Below, piece by piece: positions 1 through 14,074 of a stretch of DNA of 64,000 nucleotides (position 1 is the stretch's first letter; every line of letters begins with the position of its first letter). The notes below the pieces were generated by a model. The model was not told the DNA's origin and did not search any database. It was given only the letters and a program-made list of their open reading frames with translations. Made by a program: the position numbers and the translations under genes. The stretch is from Mobula hypostoma (Eukaryota), in assembly GCF_963921235.1 (NCBI RefSeq), contig NC_086097.1:119042001-119106000 (forward strand), in the 5' to 3' direction.

Positions 1-790
1 CTGCCAGTTTTCTCTCATAATCTTTTTTCCCCTTCCTAATTAAGCCCTTTGTCCTCTGCTGAACTCTGAATTTCTCCCAGTCCTCAGGTGAGCCACTTTC
101 TCTGGCTAATTTGTATGCTTCTTCTTTGGAATTGATTCTATCCCTAATTTCCCTTGTCAGCCACGGGTGCACTACCTTCCTTGATTTATTCTTTTGCCAA
201 ACTGGGATGAACAATTGTTGTAGTTCATCCATGCAACCTTTAAATGCTTGCCATTGCATATCCACCGTCAATCATTTAAGTGTCATTTGCCAGTCTATCT
301 TAGTTAATTCACGTCTCATACTTTCAAAGTTACCCCTCTTTAAGTTCAGAACCTTTGTTTCTGAATTAACTATCCTTTCTGAATCTGCATCCCTAATGAT
401 TTGATACTCAGCTTGTTGGCTGTAACTAACTCCCATCACCTGCCTGCCCTTCCCAACAATCTGACTGCACACTATCTGCACTTTTTTTTACCAACCATCC
501 TTTCCTGAGTCCCTTCACTCCAGTTCCAACCCCCCTGCCTAGTTATTTTAAACCTTCCCCACCAGCTCTATCAAACCTGCCTGCGAGAATATTGGTCCCC
601 CTCGGGTTCAGGTGCAACCCATCACTTTTAAACAGGTCATGCATCCCCCAGAAGAGATCCCAATGATCCAAGAACCTGAAGCCCTGCCCCGTGCATCAGC
701 TTCTCAGCCACACATTTATCTGCCAGATCATCCTCTTTCTAACCTCACTGGTGTGTGGCTGGAAATTACTACCCGGGAGGTCCTACCTCT
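1..790 (-). mobile_element. CR1-clade LINE relic (ORF2 EN-RT linker fused to ORF1 esterase piece)
   Basis: Minus frame VLNLKRGNFESMRRELTKIDWQ (1-375); ORF1-like FLDHWDLFWG..DGLHLNPRGTNILAGRF at about 560-690. Confidence 0.8.
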
Positions 791-832
791 CAGCTTTCTC
801 CTACCCCTTGAAATGACTCTTGAATCACAGTT

Positions 833-1065
833 TGTCGTGTTTTGTAACTTCAAAACATTAAACTTATTCAAAAGAATACACAGGTCTAACTTGGAGTTTA
901 CTTTAAGTGAGGGACGCACATATCTTATGGTAGTGAGATGATGTATGCAATTCACGTATTTATACATATAACCCATACTGAATTATTTAAACAAACATAA
1001 ATGCTTAATCAGCCAATAAATGTACAAGATTACTCAAATATTATTGAAATATTAAATACACAACA
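833..1065 (-). mobile_element. Solo LTR
   Basis: TG...CA ends, near-TSD cagtt/ctgtt; reverse-complement similar to 39040-39279. Confidence 0.55.
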
Positions 1066-1179
1066 CTGTTCTATGACACTAATTTTAGTAACAGAAATAG
1101 AGCACAGATTTGAAGAGGTGACCTACTAAGATCACCATAATCGCTGGCCTCTGTCTTTTGATCACAGATCATAACCACA

Positions 1180-1437
1180 GGGTGAGCACTACACTATTAC
1201 AGCTCGGGGCATCAGAGCTTGGAGATCTGAAAGGAGTTTGTATGTTCTCCCCGTGAATGCATGAGTGTCGTCTGTATGCTCCAACTTCTTCCCAGGGTCC
1301 ATAGATTGTAAGTAGGCTAATTTCTCATTACAAATTGTCCTGTGATTAGGCTAGGGTTAAGTAGGTGGGTTGATGGACAGTGAGGCTTATTGGGCTGGAA
1401 GGGCCTGTTCTGTGGTGTATCTCTAAATAAAATAAAA
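1180..1437 (+). mobile_element. HE1-like V-SINE
   Basis: V-domain ggagtttgtatgttctccccgtg and CR1-type tail gggctggaagggcctgttctg...aaataaa. Confidence 0.7.
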
Positions 1438-1479
1438 CAATACATAACTGTCGGCTTGACCTTACTCCTTCCAATGTCA

Positions 1480-2436
1480 TATCTAACTTTGCTGAAGTCA
1501 CCACCGCTGTTGGCTTAATCAACATATTGGAATGAATCACATGTTGGAGGGAGACTGAAAATCTGGTTGAATGGTGCCATAACAACAACCGCTTACTCAA
1601 TGTCAATAAATCAAGGCACTAATTATCAACTACAGGAGGAAGAAGCTGGCGGTCCTTGAGACAATCTTCATTCAGGGATCTGAGGTGGAAAGTAACTTTA
1701 AATTCCTTGATATTATTATATCGGAGGAACTGTCCTGGGACAAGCATGTAAATGCCATCACAAGGAAGGAACAATAGTTTTTCAACTTTGTTAGAAGTTT
1801 CTGTAGATTCATGTTATCTCAAATTTTGACAAACTTCTATAGATGCACAGTGGAGAGAATCCCAACTGATTGCATCACAGCCTGGGACAGAAGCACCAAT
1901 GCCCAGGAAGGAGAAGTCTACAGAAGGTGGTAGATACAGCTCAGTCCATCACAGGCAAAAACCTCCCTACAGCTCAGCACCTTTAAATGGGGCACTGCCA
2001 CAAGAAGTCCTGATCCATACACAAGTATCTACATCACCTAGGCCAAGGGAAGAAGGCCTTGGGTCCCACACCACCATGTTCAGGAACAGTTATTATCCTT
2101 CAAACATCAGACTTCTGAACCAGTGTGGAAAACTTGACTCACCTCAACTCTGAACTGATTCTACAACCTACAAGCTCACTTTGGAGGACTCTACGACTCA
2201 TATTCTCAGTATTATTTATTTATTTGTCTAGTTATTTACTTGTTTGTGTAATTTGTCTCCTTTTACAGAATGATTTTTGTCAGTTTTTATGTATAGTTGT
2301 TTTTCATAAATTCTACTGTATTTCTTTATTTTTCCTGTAAACTGGCTGCAAGAAAATGAATCTCACGGTATTATATGGTGATATATTGTATATGTACCTT
2401 GATAATAAATTTACTTTGACTTTGACTTTGACTTTG
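1480..2436 (+). mobile_element. Rex1/Babar-like LINE 3' relic
   Basis: Degenerate FADDTT..LVEWCHNNN.LLNVNK motifs; (ctttga)n tail at 2413-2436. Confidence 0.7.
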
Positions 2437-3149
2437 CAGGTTAAAACTGCCTTTGATCCATGTGGTCAAATCTTGTGTTAATGACAGAGTCTGTTTAAAT
2501 GGTGATCGTGGTGTAGGTGTGGGAGTGGAAAGAGAAAAAAAACAGCCACAAAACTTCTCAACACCTTCAATTTTGCCATTCTTTAAAGCTGCCAATTTTT
2601 ATATTGCTTCTGAATATCTCTGCTTTCAAATATTTTAAAGAAATAAAATACACCATAATGCTTCACAACATTATAAGAAATTTCAAAAATTAAAGCAAAC
2701 TCACAATAATATTAAAACAAACACATAAACAGCTGAGGCCTACCTTATTTTAACATTTGTTCTATAGAACAGTATAATCATTATTTGAGTAAACAAGCTT
2801 CTGGATCCTGTAGCCTTATCCGCAGGCACTTCATGGAGTTATAGAGCATGAAAACAGTCCCTTCACTCTTCTGCACACCACATATTTACGGACACACCCT
2901 ATGTCTATACCATTCCATGTTTCAATATTGTGGCTAACCCAGATATTTTAATAACATCTGAATTACATTACAGATGCTGCTATCAATAGAGAAGGCCACG
3001 GGTGAAGTCATTTGGGATTTTAAACTTTCCCATTTGATGCCCCATTTAATTGCTGAAATGTTGTTTTCCTGCCTGGAATGTAACTCAGTAATATATAAAA
3101 ATTGCATCCAAGAGCTAATAGAGATGACAGACTGCTGGGTGTATTCTGG

Positions 3150-3593
3150 ACACAAGAGATGTTGCAGGTGCAGGAAATCCAGACTGACATATACCGATGC
3201 TGGAGGAACTCAGTAGCTCAGGCAGCACCTATGGATAGGAATTAAACAGTCAAAACTTCGGACTGAAACCCCTCATCAGGACTGAAAAGGAATGGGGAAG
3301 AAGCCAGAATAAAAGGTTGTGGGGAGGGAAAGAAGTTCATTCTAGAAGGTGATAGGTGAATCCAGTGTAGGCAGGTGAGTGGGGGAAGGGGAGATGAAGT
3401 GTGAAGCTGTGAGGCGATAGGTGGAAAGGTTAAAGGGCTGAAGAAGAAATAATCTGGTAAGAGAGAAGAGTGGACCATGGGAGAAAGGGAAGGAGAAGGG
3501 CTCCAGAGGAAGGTGTGAGAAGAGGCAAGAGGGAAGCCAGAATGGGGAATGGAAGAACAGGGAAGGGGGAAGGAGGGAATTTATTTACAGGGG
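3150..3593 (-). mobile_element. Old Penelope-like element 3' fragment with degenerate hammerhead
   Basis: rc cagtcctgatgaggggtttcagtccgaagttttgactg at about 3247-3284; purine-rich 3' UTR like the other PLE copies; possible TSD gtattctgg. Confidence 0.7.
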
Positions 3594-3769
3594 GTATTCT
3601 GGGACAGGTTCCCATAGCTCAGTTCAGGAAACTAAGGAGTGTGAAATCAAAGGGAAGGTGCAATTGTAACATTAATGGTTATTAATGTTTTAGATTAAAG
3701 TTAAGACCACTCAAAAGCAAAGGCACCGGAGTAAATAAAAGCTTACTTGATTAGTTATCTAATGGCTAA

Positions 3770-4165
3770 CCTCATTGGAGTGAAGGAGGATAAAAGGTGA
3801 CTTGATAGTGGTGTACAAGATAATTAGAGGCATAGATTGAGTTATAGCCAGAGACTTTTTCCCAGGGCAGAGATGACTAATGCAAGGGTGCATCGTTTTA
3901 ACATGATTGGAGGAAAGAAGGGGATATCAAAAGTAATTTTTCTTTCACACTGGTGGGTGAGAATGTCCTATCAGGTGTAGTGGGGTAGGCAGATACATTA
4001 GGGACAGTTAAGGAACTCTTAGATGGATACACGGATGATAAGAAATGGAGGGCAATGTTGGAAGGAAGGTTTATATTGATCTGAGAGTAGGTTATATGGT
4101 CAGCACAACATTGCGAGCTGAAGGGCCTGGAATGTATTGTATTGTTCTATGTTCTATATTCTACG
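3770..4165 (+). mobile_element. CR1 LINE 3' end
   Basis: GDLIVVYKIIRGID motif; gaagggcctg...(gttctat)n tail. Confidence 0.75.
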
Positions 4166-4409
4166 AACTCTTTTTCTGTTGTTATCTATTAAATACACAT
4201 TATTGGCGTTCACAGAAAATTCACAGACACCTTTGTGAACCCAGGAATACATGGAGGATGTGGTAAAATACAATACTATACAAAAGTCTTAGACACATGA
4301 AAAAAAGTTCTGTAAAGCAAAGATACTTCCAAAAATAAAAAAAAATTAAAGTTTCTAAATATCAAAAAATTACTATAAAGAGCAGAGAACAGTGAAATAG
4401 ATCTAAATC

Positions 4410-4640
4410 TAATCAAATTCGGTGTGATCACACTTTGCCTTTAAAATGCTTCAATTCTCTTAGGAATACTGTTATGCAGTTTTTTTAAAGAAAATCAGCT
4501 GGTAGGTTGTTCCAAGCATCTTGGAGAACTTACTACGGTTCTTCTGCAGATTTTGACTTTCTCACTTGTTTCTGTCTCTCCAGCTAATCCCAGAGAGCTT
4601 CATTGATGTTGAGATCAAGGCTCTGTGGAGGCCATATCAT
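4410..4640 (-). mobile_element. Tc1 transposase C-terminal relic
   Basis: rc translates WPPQSLDLNINEALWD...LQDAWNNLP, the Tc1 WPxQSPDLNxIE motif, with stops. Confidence 0.75.
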
Positions 4641-4659
4641 CTAAAGCCATATAAAGAAT

Positions 4660-7600
4660 ATAGCTTGCAAAGTACTGTATATAAACCATAGCAGATGACA
4701 AGTCCACCCGACACTTCAACAACAGCAATGCCTCCCTTCCTGATAGGCTGAATGCCTTCTATGCATGATTTGATGCAACGAATGCCGTGACATCGAGGAA
4801 ATCCCCCTCTCCATTGATGAAAAGGCACCTAGTCTGGCTGCAACTAAGGTGCAGAGTATCCTAACCAATGTAAACCCAATGTAAATCTGTGAGTTCAGAA
4901 AGCCTGGTCATGTACTAAGGGACTGTGTGCTAACAGAGGAATTAAAAGACATCTTTAACATCTCTTTGAAACAATCTACTGTCCCTGCAGGCTACAAGGC
5001 AGCCACCATCATTCCGGTGCCCAAGTGAGAGAGAGAGAGAGAGAGAGAGAGTAAATGGCCTAAAAGATTACTGCCCTGTGGTCCTGACTTCAAAAATCAT
5101 GAGTGCTTTGAACAACTGGTAATGGATTGTCTAGAATCTTACCTACCACTCAAATTGGTCCACTGGTGATGCCGTAGCCTCAACTCCATATTCTGTCCTC
5201 TCCTACTTGGAAAGCAAAGCCTCATACACCAAGATGTTGTTCATTGACTTCAGCATTGCCTTTATCATGATCATTCTTCAGAGGCTAGTGGGTAAGCTGT
5301 CCTCACTGGGACTCAACGCCGCTCTCTGTATGTTCAGGCCCTGCTGACTTTTATCCAGATGGCGCTTCCGTCTTTAAACATGGCGGTCAGTCAGACCATG
5401 TGAGGAGATCAGATATTTTGTTTTGGTGGGGTTTTTCAGTCAGACTAAATCACACTTACATAACCCTGCATTGTCTTCCCTTTGTTAGTTGATTCAATTC
5501 ATAAAGGAGAGCGCTATTTGAGCAATATTTTGTGTTAATATTATGTAAAAGTTTATTCCCGATTACTAGTATAGTTTTCAACCAGATGTGGTAATTTAGT
5601 GAATGCTTACATGATATTAATCCTCTCACGTACTTTAAAACTTTATTTACCAATTTTGTGTATTTTTTTGATATTTTACATGCAAGTTGAGCTTCATATA
5701 TTCCTAATTTCTTCTGAATATGTGACTTAATCGTCATGAGTTTGCTGCATTAAGGACTTAACAGTATTGTTTTTGGTACAGTCTCAGTTTTACGCTTACT
5801 CAGTTGTATGTGTACATGCTGCCCAACTAAAGCACCCGGAGCTTGGATGTTATATCCTGACACCTGTGTTCAGCTGAGTGGATTTTGGCTTACTCCAAGG
5901 TTTCAGACGGCACTTAAGTTAACAAATTACATGGCATATGCCAGTGATATTAAATCCAATTTTGATTCACTACAGAGCATGGTGGAAAGGAAGTGGAGGA
6001 AACTTTGCTGTCTGTGAACTCTTTAAACACAGAGGTTGTAACAGCAGTCTAGCCACTAAATCCTGTTCTAAGATATGCTTGGTTAAAGTGTATCCTAAAG
6101 GGCAATGAAAGAACGCTTTCAAGATTTATGCTATACTCAATGATGCCAGAGCAACAGTTCAGTCAGAGTTCCTTGATCTGTTTGGCATCCATGGTGATTC
6201 ATCATCTGACATCTCGAAGAACTGTGCTGGAGTAATAGAAAGATCAGGTCGAAGAGTGACAGCTTATCATACTGAAGCATGGAATACTGACATTACACTG
6301 ATACTTCTAACACTAAATAAGTGTAATGACATCCAGAAAATCACGAAAAAACACCAACTCCTGAGGATGCTCTCTATCACACTCACCTCAAGTGACTTGC
6401 TGAACAGATCCCACCTCCCAGATGATAAAGCCCAAATCCTAATTCTGCCTTGGAAAAATATCTTTATCAATAGCCAAGGCTGCACTTGGGACTTTAATCC
6501 ACCACAGTCCTCGCATACAGGCAGCACGTGGGATCGTGTGTTGGAGTGTGGAGGAGAATCTTAGACTCTATGCTGATGAACACAGGATCTTTCAGCTTGA
6601 GTCACAAGGTTCTGTGCACTCCCATGGCAGAGGTAATGGCAATTATAAACTCGAAGCCATCGGTTTCAGTCTCTGCAGATGCAGACTCAGCTTTGATTCT
6701 TACTCCTGCTCTGCTTCTCACACAGTGTACGGGCCCCAACTAGAAATTTAACAGAAAAGGAACTCTGTAAACAGCAATGGTGTCAAGTACAGAATTTAGC
6801 TGATCAGTTCTGGAAGCAATGGAAACAAGAATATATGCAGACACTGCACATTTGCTACAAATGGCAAGAGTCAGGCTTTAGCATTGAAGAACGGGAGCTG
6901 TGCTTCTGAAGGACAGTAGAATAGCCCGAAATGACTGGCCCATAACATTAGTAACACTCACCTTTCCAAGTAAAGATGGAAGAGTTCACTAAGTAGAGAT
7001 CAAGGTGACAAAGCAAGAGTCAAGCAAGAAGTTCTTCAGACCTGTTTCTGACATAGTTCTCCTTCTGAGAAAGTAATACTGAGCTTTGCAACCTGTTTGA
7101 TTAACTGTTTGCGACATCTTTATAGATGGCAAGCAGGGAGTGTTCAGGCTTTTACTTTGAAATTTAGCCTTGCTGACTTATATTCCAATGGAGCTTCCAC
7201 CTTTAAACTTGAAAATCAGTTGGAACACATGAGGACAGCAGCTACTTTATTTTGTCAGGGTTTTTCAGTCAAACTAAAGCACACTTACACAATCCTGTGT
7301 TGTCTTTCGTTTGTTAGCACCATCGTAAATCATCATCTGTAAGTGTTGCTTTAGTTCATAAGGAGAGTGCTATCTGAGCAATATTGTTATAATTACGTAA
7401 AGCGTATTCTTAATTATTGGTATAGCGATCAACCAGCCATGGTACGTAATGAATGGTATTAATCTTCTCACATACTTTAAAACTTTAGTTACATATTTTG
7501 CATATAATTTTGGATAGTTATATATATATATATATATACATCTAGCTTCATATATTGCAAATTTCTTATGAATGTGCAACTTTTGACATACGTTTGCTAC

Positions 7601-8818
7601 ATTAAATACTTATGGTATGTTTCTGATTTGTTCTCAGTTTTACTCTTACTCAGTTGCATTTGTCTGTGCTGCCCAGATAAAGCACCCGGAGCTTGGATGC
7701 TATATCCTGACTCCTGTGTTCGGTTGAGTGGAGTTTAGTTTATTGTTGAATTGTGAACTTCCTACTTCACACACAAGGGGAGCAGTACACTGTAACTGGA
7801 TCTTGGGCTTCCTGACAGAAAGACGACTGCCAGTTCAAGTTGGCAGCGACATCTCGGGCTCCATCATGCTGAGCACTGGTGCCCATAAGGTTGTGTGCTC
7901 AGCTCACTGCTGTTCACGCTGCTGACTCATGACTGCACTGCTAGAGACAAACCACATCATCAAGTGGGCTGATGATACGTCAGCAACAAAGGTGAATCAG
8001 CATACAGAAAGGAGATAGAAAGGCTTGTCGAATGGTGTGAGAGTAACTACCTCAGTTCCTACATGAACAAGGCAAAAGAGATGAGTGTGGACTTCAGAAA
8101 GGCTCCGGGCTATCATTCTTCATTGCATATTAATGGCTCTGCCATGCAGAGAGTGAAGAGCACAGATCTCCTCACTGTGCACATAATAGATGATCTAACC
8201 TGGGCCCACAACTCCTCCTCATAGACAAGAAAACACTGCTGCATCTACACTTTCTGAGGAAATTGAGGCATGCATTCCTCCCCACCCCCATTGTAATAAC
8301 TTTCTACAAGAGCACCATCCAGTGCGTGCTGTCTGGCTGCATCATTGTCTGATACAGAAACTTTAAGACATAAGAATACAAGACCCTACTGATCATAGAA
8401 AAAACTGCAAGGGGATCACCAGTCTCCCTGCCCTCTATTTGTGACATTTACCGGGAACATTGTAAACAAAAAGCCTGAAGTATTGTTCAGGATTCCTACA
8501 CCCATCCCATATTCTCCTAGACCCACTACCATCAGGAAGGAGGTACAGGAGGGCATCAGGACTAGGACTGGTTAACAGCTTCTACCCTCAGCCTGCCACC
8601 ACCAAGGTCTCGTCACTAGGATAGCAAGATTTTTTTTGTTCACCCGTATTGCACACTACAGGCATTTTTGAATTATATTTTAGTAATTTTTTTATGGTAA
8701 TATTTTGTTTTATGTGCTGTGTGTGATATATATTCTGTGATGCTACATTTTCCGGAGGAACATTGTTTCGATCGGTTGTATAAGCTTACAGTCAAATGAC
8801 AATAAACTTGACTTGAAT
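4660..8818 (+). mobile_element. Rex1-like LINE relic split by a BEL element
   Basis: RT motifs continue across the insertion (ctctgta|...|ctgtaactggatc); tail aataaacttgacttga. Confidence 0.7.
5331..7789 (+). mobile_element. Internally deleted BEL/Pao LTR retrotransposon
   Basis: LTRs start tgttcagg at 5331 and 7141; purine tract before the 3' LTR; ends in CA; 5-bp TSD ctgta (5326-5330/7790-7794); SCSKICLVKVYP, WDFNPPQSSH and LADQFWKQWKQEY motifs. Confidence 0.88.
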
Positions 8819-8874
8819 TTTGCATAACTGGTGAAAGAAAACTCCATCTCAGCTTGTGAGTAGAACAGGAGGTT

Positions 8875-9155
8875 TGTGTGTTTGAGTATGTGTATGTGTG
8901 TGTCTATGTGTGTGAGTCTGTGTGAGTGTGAGTGCGAGTGTGTGAGTGCAAGTCTGTGCACCAGTGCGAGTGTGAGTGTGTGTCTGTGAGTGGGAGTGTG
9001 TGTGTGTGTGTGTGCGTGAGTATGAGTACGAGTATGTATGTGTGTGTGAGGCTGTGTGAGTGTGAGTGCGAGTGTGTGTGCGTGTGTGCATGTGTGCGGG
9101 CATGTGAGTGCAAGTCTGTGCACCAGTGTGAGTGTGAGTGTGTGTCTGTGAGTGG

Positions 9156-9196
<41 letters not shown>

Positions 9197-9280
9197 AGTG
9201 CAAGTATGTATGTGAGTGTGAGTCTGTGTGAGTGTGAGTACGAGTGCCTGTGTATGTGTGCATGTGTAGGGGGTGTGTAA
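8875..9280. repeat. Compound (TG)n/(TGAGTG)n microsatellite with internal duplication
   Basis: TG-rich tract; block tgtgagtgcaagtctgtgcaccagtg at about 8941 and 9103. Confidence 0.92.
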
Positions 9281-9519
9281 TGACACTGACCCTGTGCAGA
9301 TTTCCCAGCAGAACTGCTGCAGAATTCGAGCAAAACTTGTTCTGTGAAATGGAACCCTATAGCAGAGGGCAGGTGAAAAACTGCCATGATATTTGACCAA
9401 ATAAATGAAAATTTTGCAATTGTTCAGAGTCTCAAAACTTGCAAGCACCACCAATTTAACAATAACATATTTTGCTCATTATTTTGTGGAATTAACTAGC
9501 AAGAATAGCTCCTTGATAT

Positions 9520-10628
9520 CGTGGTTTCCCTTCTGCTGTCATCAATGATGCCCTCACCCGCAGCTCCTCCATTTCCTGCACTTCGGCCCTCACCCCATCC
9601 TCCCGCCACCACAACAGGGACAGAGTTCCCCTTGTCCTCACCTACCACCTCACCAGCCTCCGGATCCAGTACGTTATCCTCCGCAACTTCCGCCACCTTC
9701 AACAGGACCCCACTACTAAGCACATCTTTCCCTCTCCACCCCTCTCCACTTTCCGCAGGGATCGGTCCCTCCGCGACTCCCTGATCCACACGTCTTTCAC
9801 CACTGATCTCCCACCCGGCACTTATCCCTGTAAAAGCAAGTGCTACACCTGTCCCTACACCTCCTCTCTTGCCACCATTCAGGGCCCCAAACAGTCCTTC
9901 CAAGTGAGGCAACACTTCACTCGTGAGTCTTTTGGGGTCATCTATTGAATCCGGTGCTCCCAGTGCGGCCTCCTCTACATTGGTGAAACCCGACGCAGAT
10001 TGGGAGACTGCTTCGTCGAGCACCTCCACTCCATTCGCCACAACAGACAGGACCTCCCAGTAGCCACTCACATCAGCTCTGCTTCCCACTCCCATTCAGA
10101 TATGTCCATACATGGCCTCCTCTACTGCCATGATGAGGCTAAACTCAGTTTGGAGGAGCAACACCTCATATACCGTCTAGGTAGTCTCCAGCCCCTTGGT
10201 ATGAACATAGAATTCTTCAACTTCCGGTAATTCCCTCCCCCTCCCTTCCCCTATCCCTATGTCACTTTGCCTCCTCCCCCAGCTGCCTACCACCTCCCTC
10301 TTGGTTCCGCCTCCTTCTACTACCCATTGTGTTTTCCCCTATTCCTTCTTCACCTTTCCTGCTTATCGCCTCGCTGCTACCCCTCCCCCACCACTTTATC
10401 TTTCCCCTTACTGGTTTTTCGCTGGGAACCTACCAGCCTTCTCCTTCCCACCCTCCCCCTACCTTCTTTATAGGGCCTCTGCCCCTTCCCCCTACAGTCC
10501 TGACGAAGGGTTCTGGCCCGAAATGTTGACTGATCGTTTCCACGGATGCTGCCCGACCTGCTGAGTTCCTCCAGCATGTTGTGAGTGTTGCTTTGACCCC
10601 AGCATCTGCAGATTATTTTCTGTTTTAA
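9520..10628 (+). mobile_element. 5'-truncated Penelope-like element (linker + GIY-YIG + 3' UTR)
   Basis: RGFP...GVIY*IRCSQCGLLYIGETRRRLGD...GMNIEFFNFR; 13-bp TSD agctccttgatat (9507-9519/10629-10641). Confidence 0.92.
10495..10532 (+). ncRNA. Minimal hammerhead ribozyme motif (decayed)
   Basis: cagtc CTGACGA agggttctggccc GAAATGTT gactg. Confidence 0.65.
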
Positions 10629-10829
10629 AGCTCCTTGATATTTCTGACTGACATCTGATTTAGAGGATAGAACAAAGGAATGTATGAACTGAATCAGGAT
10701 GGTGCCAGAAAACCACAGTGACTCTGCGGACTGCTTATAAAACTTCTAAATATACTGCTTTTGAACTACTCTCACTGCTATCTGCAGCATGTAACTTCCC
10801 TTAAAGCAGTATACTTTGGAACTGACTTA

Positions 10830-11180
10830 ATGAACTACAAGACCTTGGCCTCAATACCTCCTTGTGCAATTGGATCCTCGATTTCCTCATTTGCAGACCC
10901 CAGTCAGTTCGATTGGCAGCATTTCCTGCACGATCTCTATCAGCACAGGTGCACCACAAGGCTGTATGCTTAGCCCTTTATTCTACTCGCTTTACACGTA
11001 TGGCTGTGTGGCTAAGCACTGCTCCAATGCCATACTTAGACTTGCTGATGACACCACTGTTGTAGGCCAAATCAGAGGTGGTGACAAATCAGCATGTAGG
11101 AGCTGAGTGGTACCACAGCAACAACCATCAGCAAGACCAAGGAGCTGATCATTGACTTCAGGAGGATGAAACTGAGAGTC
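10830..11180 (+). mobile_element. Rex1-like RT fragment
   Basis: [19 protein letters not shown]...ADDTTVVG. Confidence 0.85.
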
Positions 11181-12084
11181 TCCTCAAAATTAACCATGAT
11201 CAATTCAAAGCTAAAGACTTGTAATCTTTATCCATACTTGGCCCAATCCAGATGCATTTGCGGAAAAGGGGAAAAAGAACTTTGTCCGCTGTAATTGTAT
11301 TTTTATTGTTCCCAAACAGAGGGGCAATAACAACAAAATCATCCTGACTTCAGTAAATACTGAATCAGGGTGGTATGCCTAAGTTAACCCAAATCCAAAC
11401 GTTCTGTCAGAAGTTATACCCAATCTGACTGAAATCCAAATCTCTACTCCCTCTCTGTACTCCCTGCCAAATAAGTACAGAGCAAGTTGGAGAAAGTAAA
11501 GCGCTCTCTAGCCTGTGTCATCAATGGGTATAAACCCTTGGCAAGAGACCCACATTCTGCTGTTTGACCACATTTAGAACTCTACTCCATGACTTAATAT
11601 TAAATCTGAGAAAAGAATTGATCTACTTATACTCTCCTGCACTGGAAAACCGTCCTGCGTTTACCATAAGGAATTGCTTTCTGTGGAATGACAAATACAT
11701 TTGTCTGTTCTGTGACTAATGATGTGCAGGTTTCTATTCTCGGTTGTTACAACAGGTTGGGTGTTTGTAGAGCCCAGACCCTGGGTTTATTGATGCTGTT
11801 TTGTTCTTTGGGTCGGACTGGCTGAATAACTAGGCAAGTTTGAAATCTTTACACATAGAAACATTATCCACTTTCATAATGAAACATAATGAGTAATTAT
11901 GTTCAGTTTATGTTTAAGTTATGTTTTCCTTTTGAATATTGTGTCGCTGATGCTATGTGATACTGCTGCAAGTAAGGTTTTCATTAAGCCAATGAGTACA
12001 TCTACATTGCATATAACAATTAATTCAACCCTGACTTCGAGTGAAACTACTTCTTTGGCCACCTTATACTAAAATAAATAGTTC

Positions 12085-12345
12085 AATAGTTTCATTTAAT
12101 ATCAGAGAATGTGTACAATACACAACCTGATAGTTTTGTTCTTCTCAGACATCCACAAAAACAGAAGAGTGCTCCCAGACTGAGTGACAGTAAAACGTTG
12201 GATCCCCAAAGCCCCCTTGCTCACTCCCAGGCAAGCAACAACAAACCGACGACCCTCCCTCTCTCCCACCCCCACTTATTTCAGCAAAAAAAAAGCATCA
12301 GCACCCTCCATCCTCCAAGCAAGCAATAACAAGGCCCCAATAGAA
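12085..12345 (-). mobile_element. 3' part of non-autonomous retroelement, same family as 49171 and 55081
   Basis: Shares atccac.aaaacaga.gagtgc.cc....gaatgacagt block with those copies. Confidence 0.6.
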
Positions 12346-12589
12346 TCAATAGAAAGTGCATATTCATTTATTTTCCACTTCTTACTATAGTAGAAGCAAG
12401 TTATCCTCAATCTGGTGTATCTGACAATTGGGAGGGAAAAGAGAAGGAAGTGTGCTGCATCACTTCTAAGTTCAAAGTGAATTTATTGTCAAAGTACGTA
12501 CTGTATATATCCATATACTATCCTGAGTTTCATTTTGTTGGAGGAATTTGCAGTTGAGTAAAGAAATACAATAGAGTCAATGAAATGCT

Positions 12590-12995
12590 GTTGCAGCATC
12601 CATCATCAGAGATCCCCATCACCCAGGTCATGCTCTCTTCTCGCTGCTGCCATCAGGTAGAAAGTACAAGAGCCTCAGGACTTGCAGCACCAGCCTCAAG
12701 GAACAGTAGCTACACTCTTGAATAAAAGGGGATAACAATACTCATGCCCCATCATTGAAGACTTCCCACAACCAATGATCTCAATTTAAGGACGCTTTAT
12801 CTCATTACCTCACTTTCCCATTATTTAGTGCTGTTTATTTATATTTGTATTTACACAGATTGTTGTCTTCTGAACTCTGGTTGATCTTTCACTGATGCTG
12901 TTATCATTACTATTCTGTGGATTTGCTGAGTATGCCCACAAGGAAATAAATCTCAAGGTTGTATATGGTGACATAGATGCACATTGAACTTTGAA
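12590..12995 (+). mobile_element. Rex1-like LINE 3' end
   Basis: IIRDPHHPGHALFSLLPSGRKYKSLRT; ttgaactttgaa tail. Confidence 0.75.
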
Positions 12996-14074
12996 TATCT
13001 ACACACAACGACTGACAACCAATATGCAAAAGAAGAAAAGGTGTGAGAATACAAAACAAACCTGCAAACAAACAGACAAACAAACAAGTAATACAAAGTG
13101 TAAGAGTTGTGGAGTCCTTGAAAGTGAGTCTCTAGTCACTATCCGGCCTATAGGCTGAAAATAGACAAAATGTAAGCCATAGCTTTGAGTCTTATATAAA
13201 GCAAATAAAAAGTATGGCTCTGGAAACAATAAGAAGTCATATGATGAAAGCAGTCTGCTGAGTAATATTGAGTAAACTTGAGTGATATGAATGTTGAATT
13301 TTATCCTTATAGAAACGTTGAAGGAAAGAAGAGAAAAATAAATAAGAAATAGTCTGCCTTTACTGTGTACACCAAGTATGTGAAAGATGGTTGCCATGTG
13401 TGATCAATTCCAGTCCAAAATGAACTGGAAAGTCAACTATCCATTGCTAATAAAAGGAAATCAGACTGAAGGAACAGCCGCCACGTGTTATGAAGATTAA
13501 TGGTAAGCCGGTGCAGAGAACAGACATGCATTGAAAGCTAGGAAAATGGGGAAAATATAGATGGACACTTGATGGTCAGCAGAGACGTGGGACTCATGGG
13601 CCTGTCTTTGTGCTGAATGAACAGAGGATTATGATTGTTTATGAAAACCAAAAAGCCAGAAATTATGGAAATAAAGAAAGAAAAAATAAATAACCTAAAA
13701 TCAGACAGGAAGGATGGACACAAGAATGGGAACATAGTTAAATGGCAAACATTCTGAATAATATTTTCAATTTTTCTTCATGGTGGATGAACCAAAAAAT
13801 AACATTCTTTATAGATGATAAAAAAAAATTGCAGGGAAAGAGAACCTTAAAACAATCTCTATAATTAGGAGAAAAAGCTCTTAGTAAACTAGTCAAGCTA
13901 AAGTTGAACAAGTCCCATTCAACTGATAGCATGCATCCTTTGAGTGTAGCAATACAGAACACAGTATTGGGAATCAGTCAGGATTCACAAGACATTGGAG
14001 TTACAAAAGGAGTGTGCAGAAGAGCATCTCTTGTTAACTGGAGAGGTCAGAGGAGAATTGGCAGACTGGTTGAA

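Noticed and set aside
8743..9454. His/Thr- and Cys/Val-rich ORFs
   Set aside because: Translations of a (TG)n microsatellite
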